DNA of 64,000 nt from a virus: IMG/VR virus record IMGVR_UViG_3300020473_000015; one strand, given 5' to 3'. Numbering within the stretch: position 1 is the stretch's first letter; the number at the start of each line of letters is the position of its first letter. A program made the position numbers and the translations under genes. Positions 1 to 10,560 of the stretch are shown one piece after another. The notes below the pieces were generated by a model. That model had not been told where the DNA came from. It made no database searches and worked only from the letters and a program-made list of their open reading frames with translations.

Positions 1-1
1 A

Positions 2-1264
2 AATCAAAAGAAGATCAAAGTCCTAACACTTAGTGACATGCCTTTTGCTCCATCCGGAGTGGGAACACAAACAAAATATATGATTGAGGCTATGCTAAAA
101 ACTGGAAAATATAAATTTTTTAGTTTAGGCGGTGCAATAAAACATGAAAACTACCAGCCAATAAAAACTGAAGAATGGGGTGACGATTGGATCACGATGC
201 CAGTTAAAGGCTATGGAAATCCTGATTTAATTCGTTCTATTATTAGACAAGAGAAACCTGATATTCTTTGGTTTATGACTGATCCTAGATTTTGGGGATG
301 GTTGTGGGAAATGGAAAACGAGATTAGACCATTAATACCTATGGTTTACTACCATGTTTGGGATAACAAACCCTATCCCACATATAATAAAAAATGGTAT
401 GATTCTAATGATTTTATTGCATGCATTTCTAAAGTGACGCATGATGTTGTAAAAAATGTCACTCCAGATGTTAAGTCTATTTATTTACCGCACGCAGTTG
501 ATTCTAAAGTGTTTACAAAGCATGACGAAGAAGATGTTATAGAGTTTACCAAAAGTTCTTTTGGTGATAAATATGATGAGAATAAATTTATCTTTTTCTG
601 GAACAATAGGAATGCAAGAAGAAAACAAAGTGGAAGTTTATTGTTTTGGTTTAAGACGTTCTTGGATAAAGTTGGGCACGATAAAGCTACTTTAATAATG
701 CATACCGAAGTGCACGACCCTCATGGCCAAGATCTAGAGGCTATAGTCGAGAATTTGGGCTTGACAAACAAAGAAGTGCTTTTTTCACGCACTAAAGTCG
801 ACCCTACAGTATTATCATTAATGTATAATATGGCAGACTGTACAATTAACATTTCTGATGCTGAAGGTTTTGGATTAGCAACTTTAGAATCTCTATCATG
901 CGAAACTCCAATTCTTGTAAATATGACCGGTGGCTTACAAGAACAAGTGACAGACGGAAAAGAATGGTTTGGAGTTGGCTTAGAACCAACGTCAAAAGCT
1001 ATTATAGGTTCACAAGAAATTCCATTTATTTATGAAGATCGCTTATCTGAGGAAGCTGTTGTTGGTGCAATGTTAAAAATATATAACATGACAAAAGAAG
1101 AGAGAAAAGAGCTAGGAAGAAAGGGCAGAGAGCATGTCATGAAAAATTATAATTTTGAAAACTTCTGTGAATCATGGGATAAAACACTTACGATGATACA
1201 TGAAGAGATGGGCTCGTGGGGCAACAGGCGAGGATATAAAACTTGGGAGTTGAAGGAATTATAA
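2..1264 (+). CDS. Glycosyltransferase family 4 (GT-B), 5'-truncated by window edge
   Basis: Frame is open from base 2 (NQKKIKVLTLSDMPFAPSGVGTQ), so the true start lies upstream of ATG 38. GT-B EX7E motif in SDAEGFGLATLESLSC; FFWNNRNARRKQ. Confidence 0.9.
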   Translation, partial: NQKKIKVLTLSDMPFAPSGVGTQTKYMIEAMLKTGKYKFFSLGGAIKHENYQPIKTEEWGDDWITMPVKGYGNPDLIRSIIRQEKPDILWFMTDPRFWGWLWEMENEIRPLIPMVYYHVWDNKPYPTYNKKWYDSNDFIACISKVTHDVVKNVTPDVKSIYLPHAVDSKVFTKHDEEDVIEFTKSSFGDKYDENKFIFFWNNRNARRKQSGSLLFWFKTFLDKVGHDKATLIMHTEVHDPHGQDLEAIVENLGLTNKEVLFSRTKVDPTVLSLMYNMADCTINISDAEGFGLATLESLSCETPILVNMTGGLQEQVTDGKEWFGVGLEPTSKAIIGSQEIPFIYEDRLSEEAVVGAMLKIYNMTKEERKELGRKGREHVMKNYNFENFCESWDKTLTMIHEEMGSWGNRRGYKTWELKEL

Positions 1265-2523
1265 TGAAGAAAAAAGTAATAGTCAGGGGACCAGTTTTAA
1301 CGCGGTCAGGTTATGGCGAACATGCAAGATTTGTTTTGAGATCTTTGAGACAAGTAGAAGATCAGTTAGATATTTATATTCACCCTGTTCCATGGGGAAA
1401 AACCGGATGGATTTATGAGGACAATGAAGAAAGAAGGTGGTTTGACGATTTAATTAAAAAAACTGCAATCTACCAAAATCAATCTCAAGGAAAACCTCAT
1501 TTTGATATGAGCATACAAGTGACAATACCTAATGAGTGGCAAAAGATGGCCCCTGTCAACATTGGCGTAACTGCAGGTATTGAAACTAATAGAGTGGCTC
1601 CTGTGTGGCTTGAGAAGGCCAACATGATGGATAAGGTTATAACTATCTCTGAACACTCAAAATATTCTTTTATGAATACAGTTTATGAAGGAATTGATAA
1701 ACATACAGGCCTAAAAGCAGTACTGAAATGCCGCAAGGAGATTGAAATTGTACATTACCCAGTTAAAAACTTCGAAGAAGTTGATCTAAATTTAAATTTA
1801 AGCACTGATTTTAATTTTTTAGCGGTTGCTCAATGGGGCCCAAGAAAAAATTTAGAGAATACTATTAAATGGTTTGTTGAAGAATTTATCGACAACCCAA
1901 ATGTTGGACTAGTAGTCAAAGCCTTTATGCAAGGCAACTCTATTAGAGATAGGCATGAATTAACAAAAAGATTTACAAATTTTTTAAAGCAGTATGAAAA
2001 TAGAAAATGCAAGATTTATCTTCTCCATGGAGACATGAAAGATCAAGAAATGCACTCTCTTTATAAACACCCCAAGATTAAAGCGCTGGTTTCTTTGACT
2101 CACGGTGAAGGCTTTGGTTTACCCCTTTTTGAGGCTGCTTATTCTGGACTTCCAGTACTGGCTCCTGAGTGGAGTGGTCACATAGATTTTCTTTGTGCAC
2201 CAAAAAAGAATAAAAAAACTGGTAACGAAAAACTTAAGCCTCATTTTGCTAGAATTGACTACGATTTATCTCCTATTCCAGAACATGCAGTTTGGGAGGG
2301 AGTTTTAGAAAAGGGATCTTTATGGTGCTATCCAAAACAAGGTTCATATAAAATGAAGCTTCGAGAGGTTTATAAAGAGTATGGCAGATTTAAGAAGCAA
2401 GCAAAAGACCTACAGAAGTGGGTGGCAGAAAATTTTGAAGAGAAAAAACAATATGAGAAGTTTTTCTCTTTTATAAATCCTGGGGGTGAGAGTGACGTCT
2501 CAAGCGACATTATTATATTATAA
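1264..2523 (+). CDS. Glycosyltransferase family 4 (GT-B)
   Basis: TAATG-coupled start at 1264 (MKKKVIVRGPVLTRSGYG); RKNL motif; THGEGFGLPLFEAAYSGLPV EX7E motif. Confidence 0.9.
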   Translation: MKKKVIVRGPVLTRSGYGEHARFVLRSLRQVEDQLDIYIHPVPWGKTGWIYEDNEERRWFDDLIKKTAIYQNQSQGKPHFDMSIQVTIPNEWQKMAPVNIGVTAGIETNRVAPVWLEKANMMDKVITISEHSKYSFMNTVYEGIDKHTGLKAVLKCRKEIEIVHYPVKNFEEVDLNLNLSTDFNFLAVAQWGPRKNLENTIKWFVEEFIDNPNVGLVVKAFMQGNSIRDRHELTKRFTNFLKQYENRKCKIYLLHGDMKDQEMHSLYKHPKIKALVSLTHGEGFGLPLFEAAYSGLPVLAPEWSGHIDFLCAPKKNKKTGNEKLKPHFARIDYDLSPIPEHAVWEGVLEKGSLWCYPKQGSYKMKLREVYKEYGRFKKQAKDLQKWVAENFEEKKQYEKFFSFINPGGESDVSSDIIIL

Positions 2524-3562
2524 TTGCAACTTGTTTGAAAATGAAGATTTTGTTATAACAAATAAATTTTTTGTCGAACAAGAAGAATTATTATGTAAAA
2601 ATTACACACCAACAGAATCTGTTTTTAAAAAAATATCTGTTAAATATAGCTGTGAATGGATTCAGAGCGACATGTGGGATGTTAATTTATCGGCGGTTTT
2701 AATACCTATTAAAGATAATAAAGAATTAATAAAATTTACTATTTCCAATTTGAAAGAAAACGATATACATAAAAATTCTAATATTATAATAATTGACGAC
2801 CGGTCCGAAGAAAATATTAAATCAATTGCCCTTGAAAATAACTTATCGTATTTAAGAGTTGATAATGACAAAGGATTTAATTTTTCTATGTTAAATAACA
2901 TAGCAGCAAAAATTTGTTATGAACTTGGCGTTAAAGATATTATTCTTTGGAACTCTGATCTGTGGTGTGTTAAGAAAGAATGGTTTTTGTTGCTTTTAGA
3001 GAAGCATAGAAATGAGCACTCCACAATATCTGGATCAAAACTAGTTTACCCTCCTTCTGAAATGTCTTTAAATGAAGAAGAAGATACAGAAAACATCAGA
3101 TCGTTCTTCCCTAACATGATTAATGGCAGATGGAGGGAAACAATACAATTTGGTGGATCTGGGTGGTTCACCATGGAGCCACGCACAAGTCCGGTATCCA
3201 TTTCTCCAATACATTGTTTTAGATTTTGTGATATCACAGACAATAGAGTTAATTGTGATAAAGGAGAAAGTTTTGTGACAGGAGCTTTACAAGTTATAGA
3301 TTTAAAATGGTTTATAGATGCGGGCGGCTTAAATCCAAGTTTATCAAAAAATTTTCAAGACGTTGATATATGCTTAAAGGCCATAAAAAACAATAAGAAG
3401 ATATTTTATTTTGGAAAAAACATGTATTTTTATCACGATGAATCAGCCTCTTTAGCCAAGGGGGGCAAACATGATGATCAGCTTTTTTCTGATCATGTTT
3501 TATTTGGTAAGATATGGAATAAACATATATACAAATTAGTTTTGGGTATTGATAAATTTTAG
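2486..3562 (+). CDS. Glycosyltransferase family 2 (GT-A)
   Basis: VLIPIKD, IIIIDDRS, FNFSMLNN, LWNSD, VTGALQVI, FQDVDICL and FYHDES are GT2 motifs. Start codon uncertain. Confidence 0.8.
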   Translation: MRVTSQATLLYYNCNLFENEDFVITNKFFVEQEELLCKNYTPTESVFKKISVKYSCEWIQSDMWDVNLSAVLIPIKDNKELIKFTISNLKENDIHKNSNIIIIDDRSEENIKSIALENNLSYLRVDNDKGFNFSMLNNIAAKICYELGVKDIILWNSDLWCVKKEWFLLLLEKHRNEHSTISGSKLVYPPSEMSLNEEEDTENIRSFFPNMINGRWRETIQFGGSGWFTMEPRTSPVSISPIHCFRFCDITDNRVNCDKGESFVTGALQVIDLKWFIDAGGLNPSLSKNFQDVDICLKAIKNNKKIFYFGKNMYFYHDESASLAKGGKHDDQLFSDHVLFGKIWNKHIYKLVLGIDKF

Positions 3563-3628
3563 TTTTATAATAAAAAAGAAAAGAAAAAAGTTGTGGAATG
3601 GGAATATTGCTGGGATAATTTTTTAATT

Positions 3629-4165
3629 ATGGATTTGTCACATTATAAGCTTTTTAAATTAAATAAATTTTTTGATCATCGTGGTTATTTCTTCGAAAAT
3701 TTTTCAAAGAATCTTTACGAAGTCTTTAAAGAGGAGAATATTTCTTTTGTACAAGACAACACCTCCTTCTCCAAAAAAGGAACTATTCGTGGACTACATT
3801 ATCAGTGGGACGACCCAATGGGTAAATTAATTCAAGTACTCAAGGGAGAGATAGTTGATTATATAGTGGACATTAGAGCAAATTCCTCTCAATTTGGCAA
3901 AGTTTATGACTTTAGATTAACAGAAGAAGACGAATATATACTCTGGGTACCTCCTGGCTATGCACACGGTTTTGAGGCAAAAAAAGATTCCATTGTTCAA
4001 TATAAATGCTCATCTTTCTATAATCCATATGGCGAAGGGGGGATTAACTTCTTTGATAAAGATTTAAACATTTCAAGAAAAGGTGATAAAATAATACCAA
4101 TAATGTCGGAAAAAGATACAAAAGCGCAAACGTTTGCTGAATACAAATCAAATCCGAAGTTTTAA
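3629..4165 (+). CDS. rmlC: dTDP-4-dehydrorhamnose 3,5-epimerase
   Basis: FDHRGYFFE, QDNTSFSKKGTIRGLHYQ and LWVPPGYAHGF cupin motifs. Start moved to ATG 3629. Confidence 0.93.
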   Translation: MDLSHYKLFKLNKFFDHRGYFFENFSKNLYEVFKEENISFVQDNTSFSKKGTIRGLHYQWDDPMGKLIQVLKGEIVDYIVDIRANSSQFGKVYDFRLTEEDEYILWVPPGYAHGFEAKKDSIVQYKCSSFYNPYGEGGINFFDKDLNISRKGDKIIPIMSEKDTKAQTFAEYKSNPKF

Positions 4166-4185
4166 TTTATCTTATCGAGGTCTTA

Positions 4186-5073
4186 ATGAAAATTCTTGTT
4201 ACAGGTGGTCGCGGCTTTATTGGAAGCCACTTTGTTGAAATGGCTTTAGAAAAAGGTCACACTGTCATAGATTATGACAAAATGGGTTACGCCTCAAATA
4301 AACATTTACCTTGGGACAATCACGAGAGATATTCTTTTGAAAAAGTTGATATATCAGAAGTGGAGTATATTCCATCCTGTGATATCATTGTAAACTTTGC
4401 CGCAGAAAGTCACGTAGACAATTCTATCAAAAGTTCCGAGGTTTTTGTTAAAAGTAATATTCTTGGGGTTTATAACCTTCTTGAACTTGTTAAAGGTAAA
4501 CCCTCCTATGACCGTCCTTTGTTTTTTCATATTAGTACTGATGAGGTTTATGGAGATACTTTAGATGGCTCTTTCACTGAAAAGGATATTTTAAAGCCAT
4601 CAAACCCCTATTCAGCAACAAAAGCCTCTGCAGAGATGTTAGTTTTGTCTTATGCAAGAACTTATGATATCGAATACATGATTACTAGAAGTAGCAACAA
4701 CTATGGTGAAAGGCAATTCGAAGAAAAACTAATTCCCAAATGTATCTCTTCTATCCAAAGTGGCAAATCAATTCCAATTCATGGCGATGGTAGCTATGTT
4801 AGAGATTGGACTTATGTTAGAGATAATGTAAGCGCTATTTTTGCTCTTATTGAAAGTGGATGCAAAAATGATATTTTCAATATTGCAGCGGAAAATCATA
4901 TGACCAACTTACAAGTCGCAGAGCAAGTGATTGATTGGCTTGGTGAAGGTAAATATGAGTTTGTTGAAAATCGTTGGGGCCAAGACCTTCGCTATTCAGT
5001 TTCATCTGCAAAGTTGAGAGAGAAAACAGGATGGAAACCTGTTTATGAGAGCGGCCTACACAAGTGGTTTTAA
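4186..5073 (+). CDS. rmlB: dTDP-glucose 4,6-dehydratase
   Basis: TGGRGFIGS, FAAESHVDNSI, HISTDEVYG, PSNPYSATKAS, TRSSNNYG, YVRDW, GQDLRY. Confidence 0.95.
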   Translation: MKILVTGGRGFIGSHFVEMALEKGHTVIDYDKMGYASNKHLPWDNHERYSFEKVDISEVEYIPSCDIIVNFAAESHVDNSIKSSEVFVKSNILGVYNLLELVKGKPSYDRPLFFHISTDEVYGDTLDGSFTEKDILKPSNPYSATKASAEMLVLSYARTYDIEYMITRSSNNYGERQFEEKLIPKCISSIQSGKSIPIHGDGSYVRDWTYVRDNVSAIFALIESGCKNDIFNIAAENHMTNLQVAEQVIDWLGEGKYEFVENRWGQDLRYSVSSAKLREKTGWKPVYESGLHKWF

Positions 5074-5765
5074 AAGATAAAAGTTTTTTTATCACTGGCG
5101 GCAGTGGAACTCTTGGCAGGGAATTACAAGAAGTCCTCACAGAAAGAAATCTTCCCTTTAAAGCACCATCTTCAAGAGAGTGTGATATATTAGATAAAGA
5201 TAGGCTTGAATCATTTATCAACAATTTCGAGGAGGTGGTACATTGTGCCGCAGCCACAAATGTCAGAGAAATAGAAAAAAATCCCAACAATGCATATAAA
5301 ACAAATGTAATTGGTACAATAAACGTTATAGAGGTTTGCAAAAAACTCAATAAAAAATTAATTTTTATTTCAACTGATTATGTATTTGATGGCAATAAAG
5401 GCAATTATTCTATTAATGATTTAATAAACCCTTTAAGTAAATACGCCAAAACAAAAGCCGCCGCCGAACTCTTGGTTAGAACTTATGACAACTCTCTCGT
5501 CATCAGAACTAGTTTTTTTGGACATTATTTTCCATATGAAAAGGCCTTCACTGATCAATGGAGTTCAAAAGATTATGTTGATATAATAGCGCCAAAAATA
5601 GTTGATACTATTATGTTAAATGAACTTGGCATTGCACACGTTGGTTCTCGCAGAAGAAGTATATTTGAAATTGCTAGCGAAAGAAACGAACTTGTTAAAC
5701 CGGCTGAGAGAATAGAGGTGAATATTTTAATTCCAAGAGATACAAGTTTAAATTGTAAAAAGTAA
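5064..5765 (+). CDS. rmlD: dTDP-4-dehydrorhamnose reductase-like SDR (short)
   Basis: TGGSGTLG, VHCAAATNV, ISTDYVFDG, YAKTK catalytic YxxxK, VIRTSF; adjacent to rmlB and rmlC. Confidence 0.8.
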   Translation: MVLKDKSFFITGGSGTLGRELQEVLTERNLPFKAPSSRECDILDKDRLESFINNFEEVVHCAAATNVREIEKNPNNAYKTNVIGTINVIEVCKKLNKKLIFISTDYVFDGNKGNYSINDLINPLSKYAKTKAAAELLVRTYDNSLVIRTSFFGHYFPYEKAFTDQWSSKDYVDIIAPKIVDTIMLNELGIAHVGSRRRSIFEIASERNELVKPAERIEVNILIPRDTSLNCKK

Positions 5766-5769
5766 AACG

Positions 5770-6414
5770 ATGAATATGAAAAAAACAACAATTTTAATAC
5801 CCGCTAGAAGAAACTCAAAAGGTCTTCCATTTAAGAATAGAAAACTGTTCCACTTCACTTTGAATTCAATTCCAGAAACTTATCTTGATAATGTTTTAGT
5901 ATCTACTGATGATGAATGGATCATCCAAGAGTGTGAAAATAATAATATAAAATATCACATAAGAAAATCTGAAACCTCTGGTGATCTTGCAAGCACTAAA
6001 TTTGTTATAGAGGAAATGATTGAACAATTGAGAGAAAGAGTAATTATGCTTTATCTGACCTATCCGGAAAGAACTTGGAAAAACGTTTTAGATTGCTTAT
6101 CTTTCTATGAAGAGAATAATGGCAGAAGTCTATTGTGCAAAAAACAATTAAAAACATCGCCTTTCCTTATGATGTATGATTATGGGATTAAAGGAAAGCA
6201 AATAATAGAACACGACCTCTACAGACGCCAGGATTACCCAGAATGCTTTGAAATAAGCCATTTTATTAGCATTTTTAGTAAAAAAGAACTAAAGAATTTG
6301 AATAATAACTTGTATAATAAAGATACTATTTTTTATTCAATTAACGATGTTGTTGATATTGACCTAATTCAAGATCTAGATGAGTATAATAAAAAAAACA
6401 AAAATAATCGCTGA
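5770..6414 (+). CDS. neuA: Acylneuraminate/nonulosonate cytidylyltransferase (CMP-sialic acid synthetase-like)
   Basis: ILIPARRNSKGLPFKNRK signature, VSTDD, RRQD and DID motifs; overlaps neuB. Confidence 0.85.
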   Translation: MNMKKTTILIPARRNSKGLPFKNRKLFHFTLNSIPETYLDNVLVSTDDEWIIQECENNNIKYHIRKSETSGDLASTKFVIEEMIEQLRERVIMLYLTYPERTWKNVLDCLSFYEENNGRSLLCKKQLKTSPFLMMYDYGIKGKQIIEHDLYRRQDYPECFEISHFISIFSKKELKNLNNNLYNKDTIFYSINDVVDIDLIQDLDEYNKKNKNNR

Positions 6415-7210
6415 AATAGGCATCAATCACAATGGTGATACAGAATTAGCAAAACGATTAATCGACGCTGCGATATTATCAGGATGTGATTATGCTAAAT
6501 TTCAAAAGCGAACCCCAGACATTTGCGTACCAGAAGCGCAAAAGAATAAACTAAGAGAAACGCCATGGGGAAAAATTAAATACATAGATTACAAAAAAAA
6601 GATAGAATTTGAGAAACAAGAATATGATGAGTTGTTTGATTACGTCAAAGACAAACCAATTGAGATTTTCTCATCAGTTTGGGATAAACCATCTGTCGAT
6701 TTTATGAAAAACTATGGTGGCCCTATGAAGATAGGATCTGCGCTCATTACTGATTTGGAGCTTTGTAAACATGCAAGAAACAACACCGATCTTCTGATTA
6801 TAAGCACAGGTATGAGTACCGAAAAAGAGATAGAAGACTGTATTAATGCTTGTAATCCAGATGTCGTAATGCATACAAACTCAACTTATCCGACACCGGT
6901 CGAAGAAATCAATTTAAGTTACATCAATTGGCTTCAAAACAAATGGACAAATAAGGAGATTGGATATTCTGGACATGAGTATGGTCTAGTTACAACCTTT
7001 GCGTCCGTGGCCATGGGATGTACTTGGGTTGAAAGACATTTGACATTAGATAGGACAATGTGGGGATCTGATCACCTAGCCTCTGTTGAGCCACAAGGTT
7101 TTATGAAACTTGTTAAAGGTATCAGAGACATAGAAAAGTCTATGGGGCAGAGTGGACCTAGAGTTTGCCGCGGCAGCGAATTAAGCAAGCGAGAAAGTTT
7201 GAGAAAATGA
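6380..7210 (+). CDS. neuB: NeuB-family nonulosonic acid synthase, lacking the C-terminal SAF/antifreeze domain
   Basis: IIAEIGINHNGD, KFQKRT, IISTGMST, HTNSTYP, GYSGHE, VERHLTLDR, GSDHLASVEP. Confidence 0.93.
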   Translation: MSIIKKTKIIAEIGINHNGDTELAKRLIDAAILSGCDYAKFQKRTPDICVPEAQKNKLRETPWGKIKYIDYKKKIEFEKQEYDELFDYVKDKPIEIFSSVWDKPSVDFMKNYGGPMKIGSALITDLELCKHARNNTDLLIISTGMSTEKEIEDCINACNPDVVMHTNSTYPTPVEEINLSYINWLQNKWTNKEIGYSGHEYGLVTTFASVAMGCTWVERHLTLDRTMWGSDHLASVEPQGFMKLVKGIRDIEKSMGQSGPRVCRGSELSKRESLRK

Positions 7211-7866
7211 ACTTAGAGTTAAAAGAAAACGGGTTCATAGTAATCCCAGGCGTATTTCAGTCCGAGCAAATTAAAGAAATGAGATCTTTATGCTATCAGT
7301 ACTTTAGTGACGGGGGCGGCTTTAAAAATGCTGGTGGACACGCAAAGCCGGATTGGATTAAAGAATCTAATTTAAAAAAAGTACTTGACCTTTATCAAGT
7401 TGAAAACATAAGAAATATTATAACTGAAAATGTTGGCGAAGAAGTTCATTTTATAGGACACAACGATCTTCATTTAAATAGAAGTGTAGGGTGGCACAAG
7501 GATCGTTTAAACGGCGAAACTAGAAAATTTGAAGTCAACTCACCATGGGAAAAAGTAGATGGTGAAACAATGAAGATTTATAAAGTTAATTTATATCTTC
7601 AGGATCATAGTAACAACAACGATGGCTTTACAGTAAGGGTTGGTAGCCACTCATCTCCAAATATGAATGAAGGCCATATCAAACAGATTTATCCAAATCT
7701 TGGAGATATTATCCTATTCGACCAGAGAATTACACATATGGCTAAATGGTCTGGTGGTTATAATCGCTTTTTAATTTGTATGGGGTTCGGTGTTAAAAAC
7801 TGTTTTTTTGAACAGTTCAAAAAAGGAACAGAGTTCAGACAAAATAAACAAAATGGAATTTTATAA
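7207..7866 (+). CDS. Phytanoyl-CoA dioxygenase-like Fe(II)/2OG oxygenase
   Basis: ENGFIVIPGVF start, WHKD (HxD), GDIILFDQRITH (distal His), terminal R. ATGA-coupled start at 7207. Confidence 0.75.
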   Translation: MNLELKENGFIVIPGVFQSEQIKEMRSLCYQYFSDGGGFKNAGGHAKPDWIKESNLKKVLDLYQVENIRNIITENVGEEVHFIGHNDLHLNRSVGWHKDRLNGETRKFEVNSPWEKVDGETMKIYKVNLYLQDHSNNNDGFTVRVGSHSSPNMNEGHIKQIYPNLGDIILFDQRITHMAKWSGGYNRFLICMGFGVKNCFFEQFKKGTEFRQNKQNGIL

Positions 7867-8865
7867 ATGAAGAAGGCTTTGCACATATATGCAGTGAATG
7901 GAAAAGCAAATTCTGGTGATTTTTTTCTGGGACCGGCAACAAAATTTAGATTTGAAAAGATAGTAGGAGAATCTATTACTTGGTCAAATTTTGACGTAAG
8001 GATCAAAGTCACGGAAAAGGAAATTTCACATTTTAATAAATTTGATTACATTGTCCTCGGCGGTGGAGGCTTATTTTTACCAGACACAAATCCAAATATG
8101 ACTTCATGTTGGCAATGGGCATGCCCCGCCGAAATTATGAAGAAAATAACTACAGAAGTCCACATAGTCAGTGTTGGGTGGAACCATTTTTATGGTCAAG
8201 ATATCACAATGCCAGATAGAGGCAGCAACAAAAGCAACCCTAAAAGATTACAAATTTTCAAAAATAACATAGAAACTTTACTACAAATTAGCCAAAGTTT
8301 TACTATGAGACATAAAGGTGATGTTGAAGAGTTGAAGAAGATAATCGACCCAGAATTACATGATAAAGTTCAATTTGCTTTTTGTCCTGTTGTGGAGTTC
8401 ATTGAGTCTAAATACAAAAAAGATTTTAAATCTGGAGAGTTAATCGCTTTTGAAATAAAAGATGATAGACCAAATAGGCGTTATTATAAGAAAAGTAGAA
8501 AGGAATTTTACTTAGAATTACTTCAGTTTATAAAGCATTTAATTGATTCTGGAGAGAAAATAGCTGTAATGTCTCACGACGGCAGTGCTTCTTTCGCAAG
8601 GTTTTTACAGAGTCAGAAAATTCCATTTGCTTATTTAAATAATACAGTTGCCAATCAGGATAAAATAATAGAAAATTATTCAAAGGTTAAAAAACTGTTC
8701 TGCACGGCCGGTCACAGTCAGATGACTGCTTATGCTTTAGGGTTGAATTTCTATAGTTTGATAACTCATGATAAATTAAAGTTTTTTCTTGAAGATAATA
8801 ATATGCTGTTGGAGAATAATTTTTGCTTAGTAAATGAGCAAAAATTAACTGAAAAATATAAATGA
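7867..8865 (+). CDS. Polysaccharide pyruvyl transferase family protein
   Basis: NSGD, VLGGGGLF, FTMRH, FCPV and GHSQMTAYALG match the pyruvyltransferase pattern. Confidence 0.7.
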   Translation: MKKALHIYAVNGKANSGDFFLGPATKFRFEKIVGESITWSNFDVRIKVTEKEISHFNKFDYIVLGGGGLFLPDTNPNMTSCWQWACPAEIMKKITTEVHIVSVGWNHFYGQDITMPDRGSNKSNPKRLQIFKNNIETLLQISQSFTMRHKGDVEELKKIIDPELHDKVQFAFCPVVEFIESKYKKDFKSGELIAFEIKDDRPNRRYYKKSRKEFYLELLQFIKHLIDSGEKIAVMSHDGSASFARFLQSQKIPFAYLNNTVANQDKIIENYSKVKKLFCTAGHSQMTAYALGLNFYSLITHDKLKFFLEDNNMLLENNFCLVNEQKLTEKYK

Positions 8866-9896
8866 TAAATTACGTTCAAAATAAAAGAATTGATTCCGAT
8901 TTGTTTTCTAAGTTTCTATTTGACAGCCACAAGACAAATCAATTTACGAATAATGGTCCTGCTAAATTTATTTTAGAGAAGAAGCTAGAAGAGATTCTAG
9001 AAATAGATGACGATAGGGCTGTTTTATGTACAACCAATGGGACGCTAGCATGGCATGCCATTTATCTTTTTTTGCGGAAACAAAATCATGAATATAGAAT
9101 GGTTACGCCATCTTTTACTTTTCCTTCTTGTGCTAGCACTCTTAATAAAATTAAAATCTTAGATATTGATGAAAAAACATACACTTTGCCACTAACAGAA
9201 AAAAATTTGATTGAAAATGATGTTTTTGTTATTACAAATTTATTTGGAACTTATCCAAAGAATCTTGAAGATTGGATTGGTTCTTGTAAAAAAATGAACA
9301 AAGTTTTAATCTTTGATAACGCCTCTTCTCCCATGACAAAGGTTGATGGTGTTAATATATGTAACTTTGGTGATTTTTCTTTTGGTTCGCTACATCATAC
9401 AAAATTTTTAGGATTTGGTGAAGGGGGTTTTATTGTTCTAAAAAAGGATCTCTATCAAGAGTTTGAAAAAATTCTTGGTTTTGGGTTTTCAAAAACCGCT
9501 ATAAAAAGAAAATATGATAAGTTTAGTTCAAATTTAAAAATGTCTGATATCTCTGCCGCAGCAATATTACAACATATTGAAAGATACAAAATTGAAGATT
9601 ATAAACGAGTTCAAAGTCGACTTGTTAAGGGTGTTGAAAATTTAAACAATGTCGAGATTTTTAATTTTTCCGAAGGTGTCGTTTATGGAAACTTACCTAT
9701 AATTTATAATGACAAGTTTGATATTGATTTTTTCAGGATTAATGGTGTTGAGGCACAAAAATACTACTATCCCTTGAGAGAGCATAAGAATTCTTTAAAC
9801 CTTTTTGATAGAATGATAAACATTCCACTACATTCAGATCTGAATGAGTGTCAGATTGATAAAATTGTAAATCTGGTTAAGAGATCAATAAAATGA
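8862..9896 (+). CDS. DegT/DnrJ/EryC1/StrS sugar aminotransferase
   Basis: FTNNGP, TTNGTLA, PSFTF, DNASS, SLHHTKFLGFGEGG (PLP lysine), KMSDISAA, YYYPL, IPLH. Confidence 0.9.
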   Translation: MINYVQNKRIDSDLFSKFLFDSHKTNQFTNNGPAKFILEKKLEEILEIDDDRAVLCTTNGTLAWHAIYLFLRKQNHEYRMVTPSFTFPSCASTLNKIKILDIDEKTYTLPLTEKNLIENDVFVITNLFGTYPKNLEDWIGSCKKMNKVLIFDNASSPMTKVDGVNICNFGDFSFGSLHHTKFLGFGEGGFIVLKKDLYQEFEKILGFGFSKTAIKRKYDKFSSNLKMSDISAAAILQHIERYKIEDYKRVQSRLVKGVENLNNVEIFNFSEGVVYGNLPIIYNDKFDIDFFRINGVEAQKYYYPLREHKNSLNLFDRMINIPLHSDLNECQIDKIVNLVKRSIK

Positions 9897-10558
9897 AAAC
9901 AATTGCCGTATGTCAGCCTTATTTTGCGCCACACCTTGCCTACTTTCAGTTAATAAACGCTGTTGATGTTTTTGTTTCATATGATGATGTTAATTATATC
10001 ACTAGAGGGTGGATAAACAGAAACAAATTAACTATAAACAAGAAAGAGAAGATATTTACGATTCCTGTCAAAAAACAAAGCTCGTTTAGTAAAATTAATC
10101 AAATTGAAGTAGATTGGGAAAATAGAGAAATAAATAAATTATTAAAAACTGTAAATATGTCATATAGTAAAAGCAAGTATAGAGAACAGATTTTTAATTT
10201 ATTGGAAGAGATATTTTATGAAAAACCAAGATTTATATCTGATCTTTCTCTTAAATCACTAAAGGTATTTTCTGATTACTTAGAGATACAAACTTGCTTT
10301 AAAGTTTCGTCTCATGAGAATTATGTGAAGACGGGAGACAGAGTTAAAAACTTGATAAATATATGCCATGCAGAAAAAGCTAGCAGCTATATAAATTCAA
10401 TAGGTGGGACAAGTTTATACAGAAAAGAAGAATTTGCTGAACATGGGTTGAATCTAGGATTTCTGAGTGGTTTGAGCGGCCTGTCGATAATTGATGTCTG
10501 TATGAATAACAGTATCGAAGAAATAAAAAAACAACTTCAACAATACACATTGGTCTAA
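9893..10558 (+). CDS. wbqC: WbqC-like protein
   Basis: QPYFAPHLAYFQLI, YDDVNY, GWINRN, TIPV, YSKSKY, YINSIGG, LSIIDV. Confidence 0.88.
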   Translation: MKTIAVCQPYFAPHLAYFQLINAVDVFVSYDDVNYITRGWINRNKLTINKKEKIFTIPVKKQSSFSKINQIEVDWENREINKLLKTVNMSYSKSKYREQIFNLLEEIFYEKPRFISDLSLKSLKVFSDYLEIQTCFKVSSHENYVKTGDRVKNLINICHAEKASSYINSIGGTSLYRKEEFAEHGLNLGFLSGLSGLSIIDVCMNNSIEEIKKQLQQYTLV

Positions 10559-10560
10559 AA

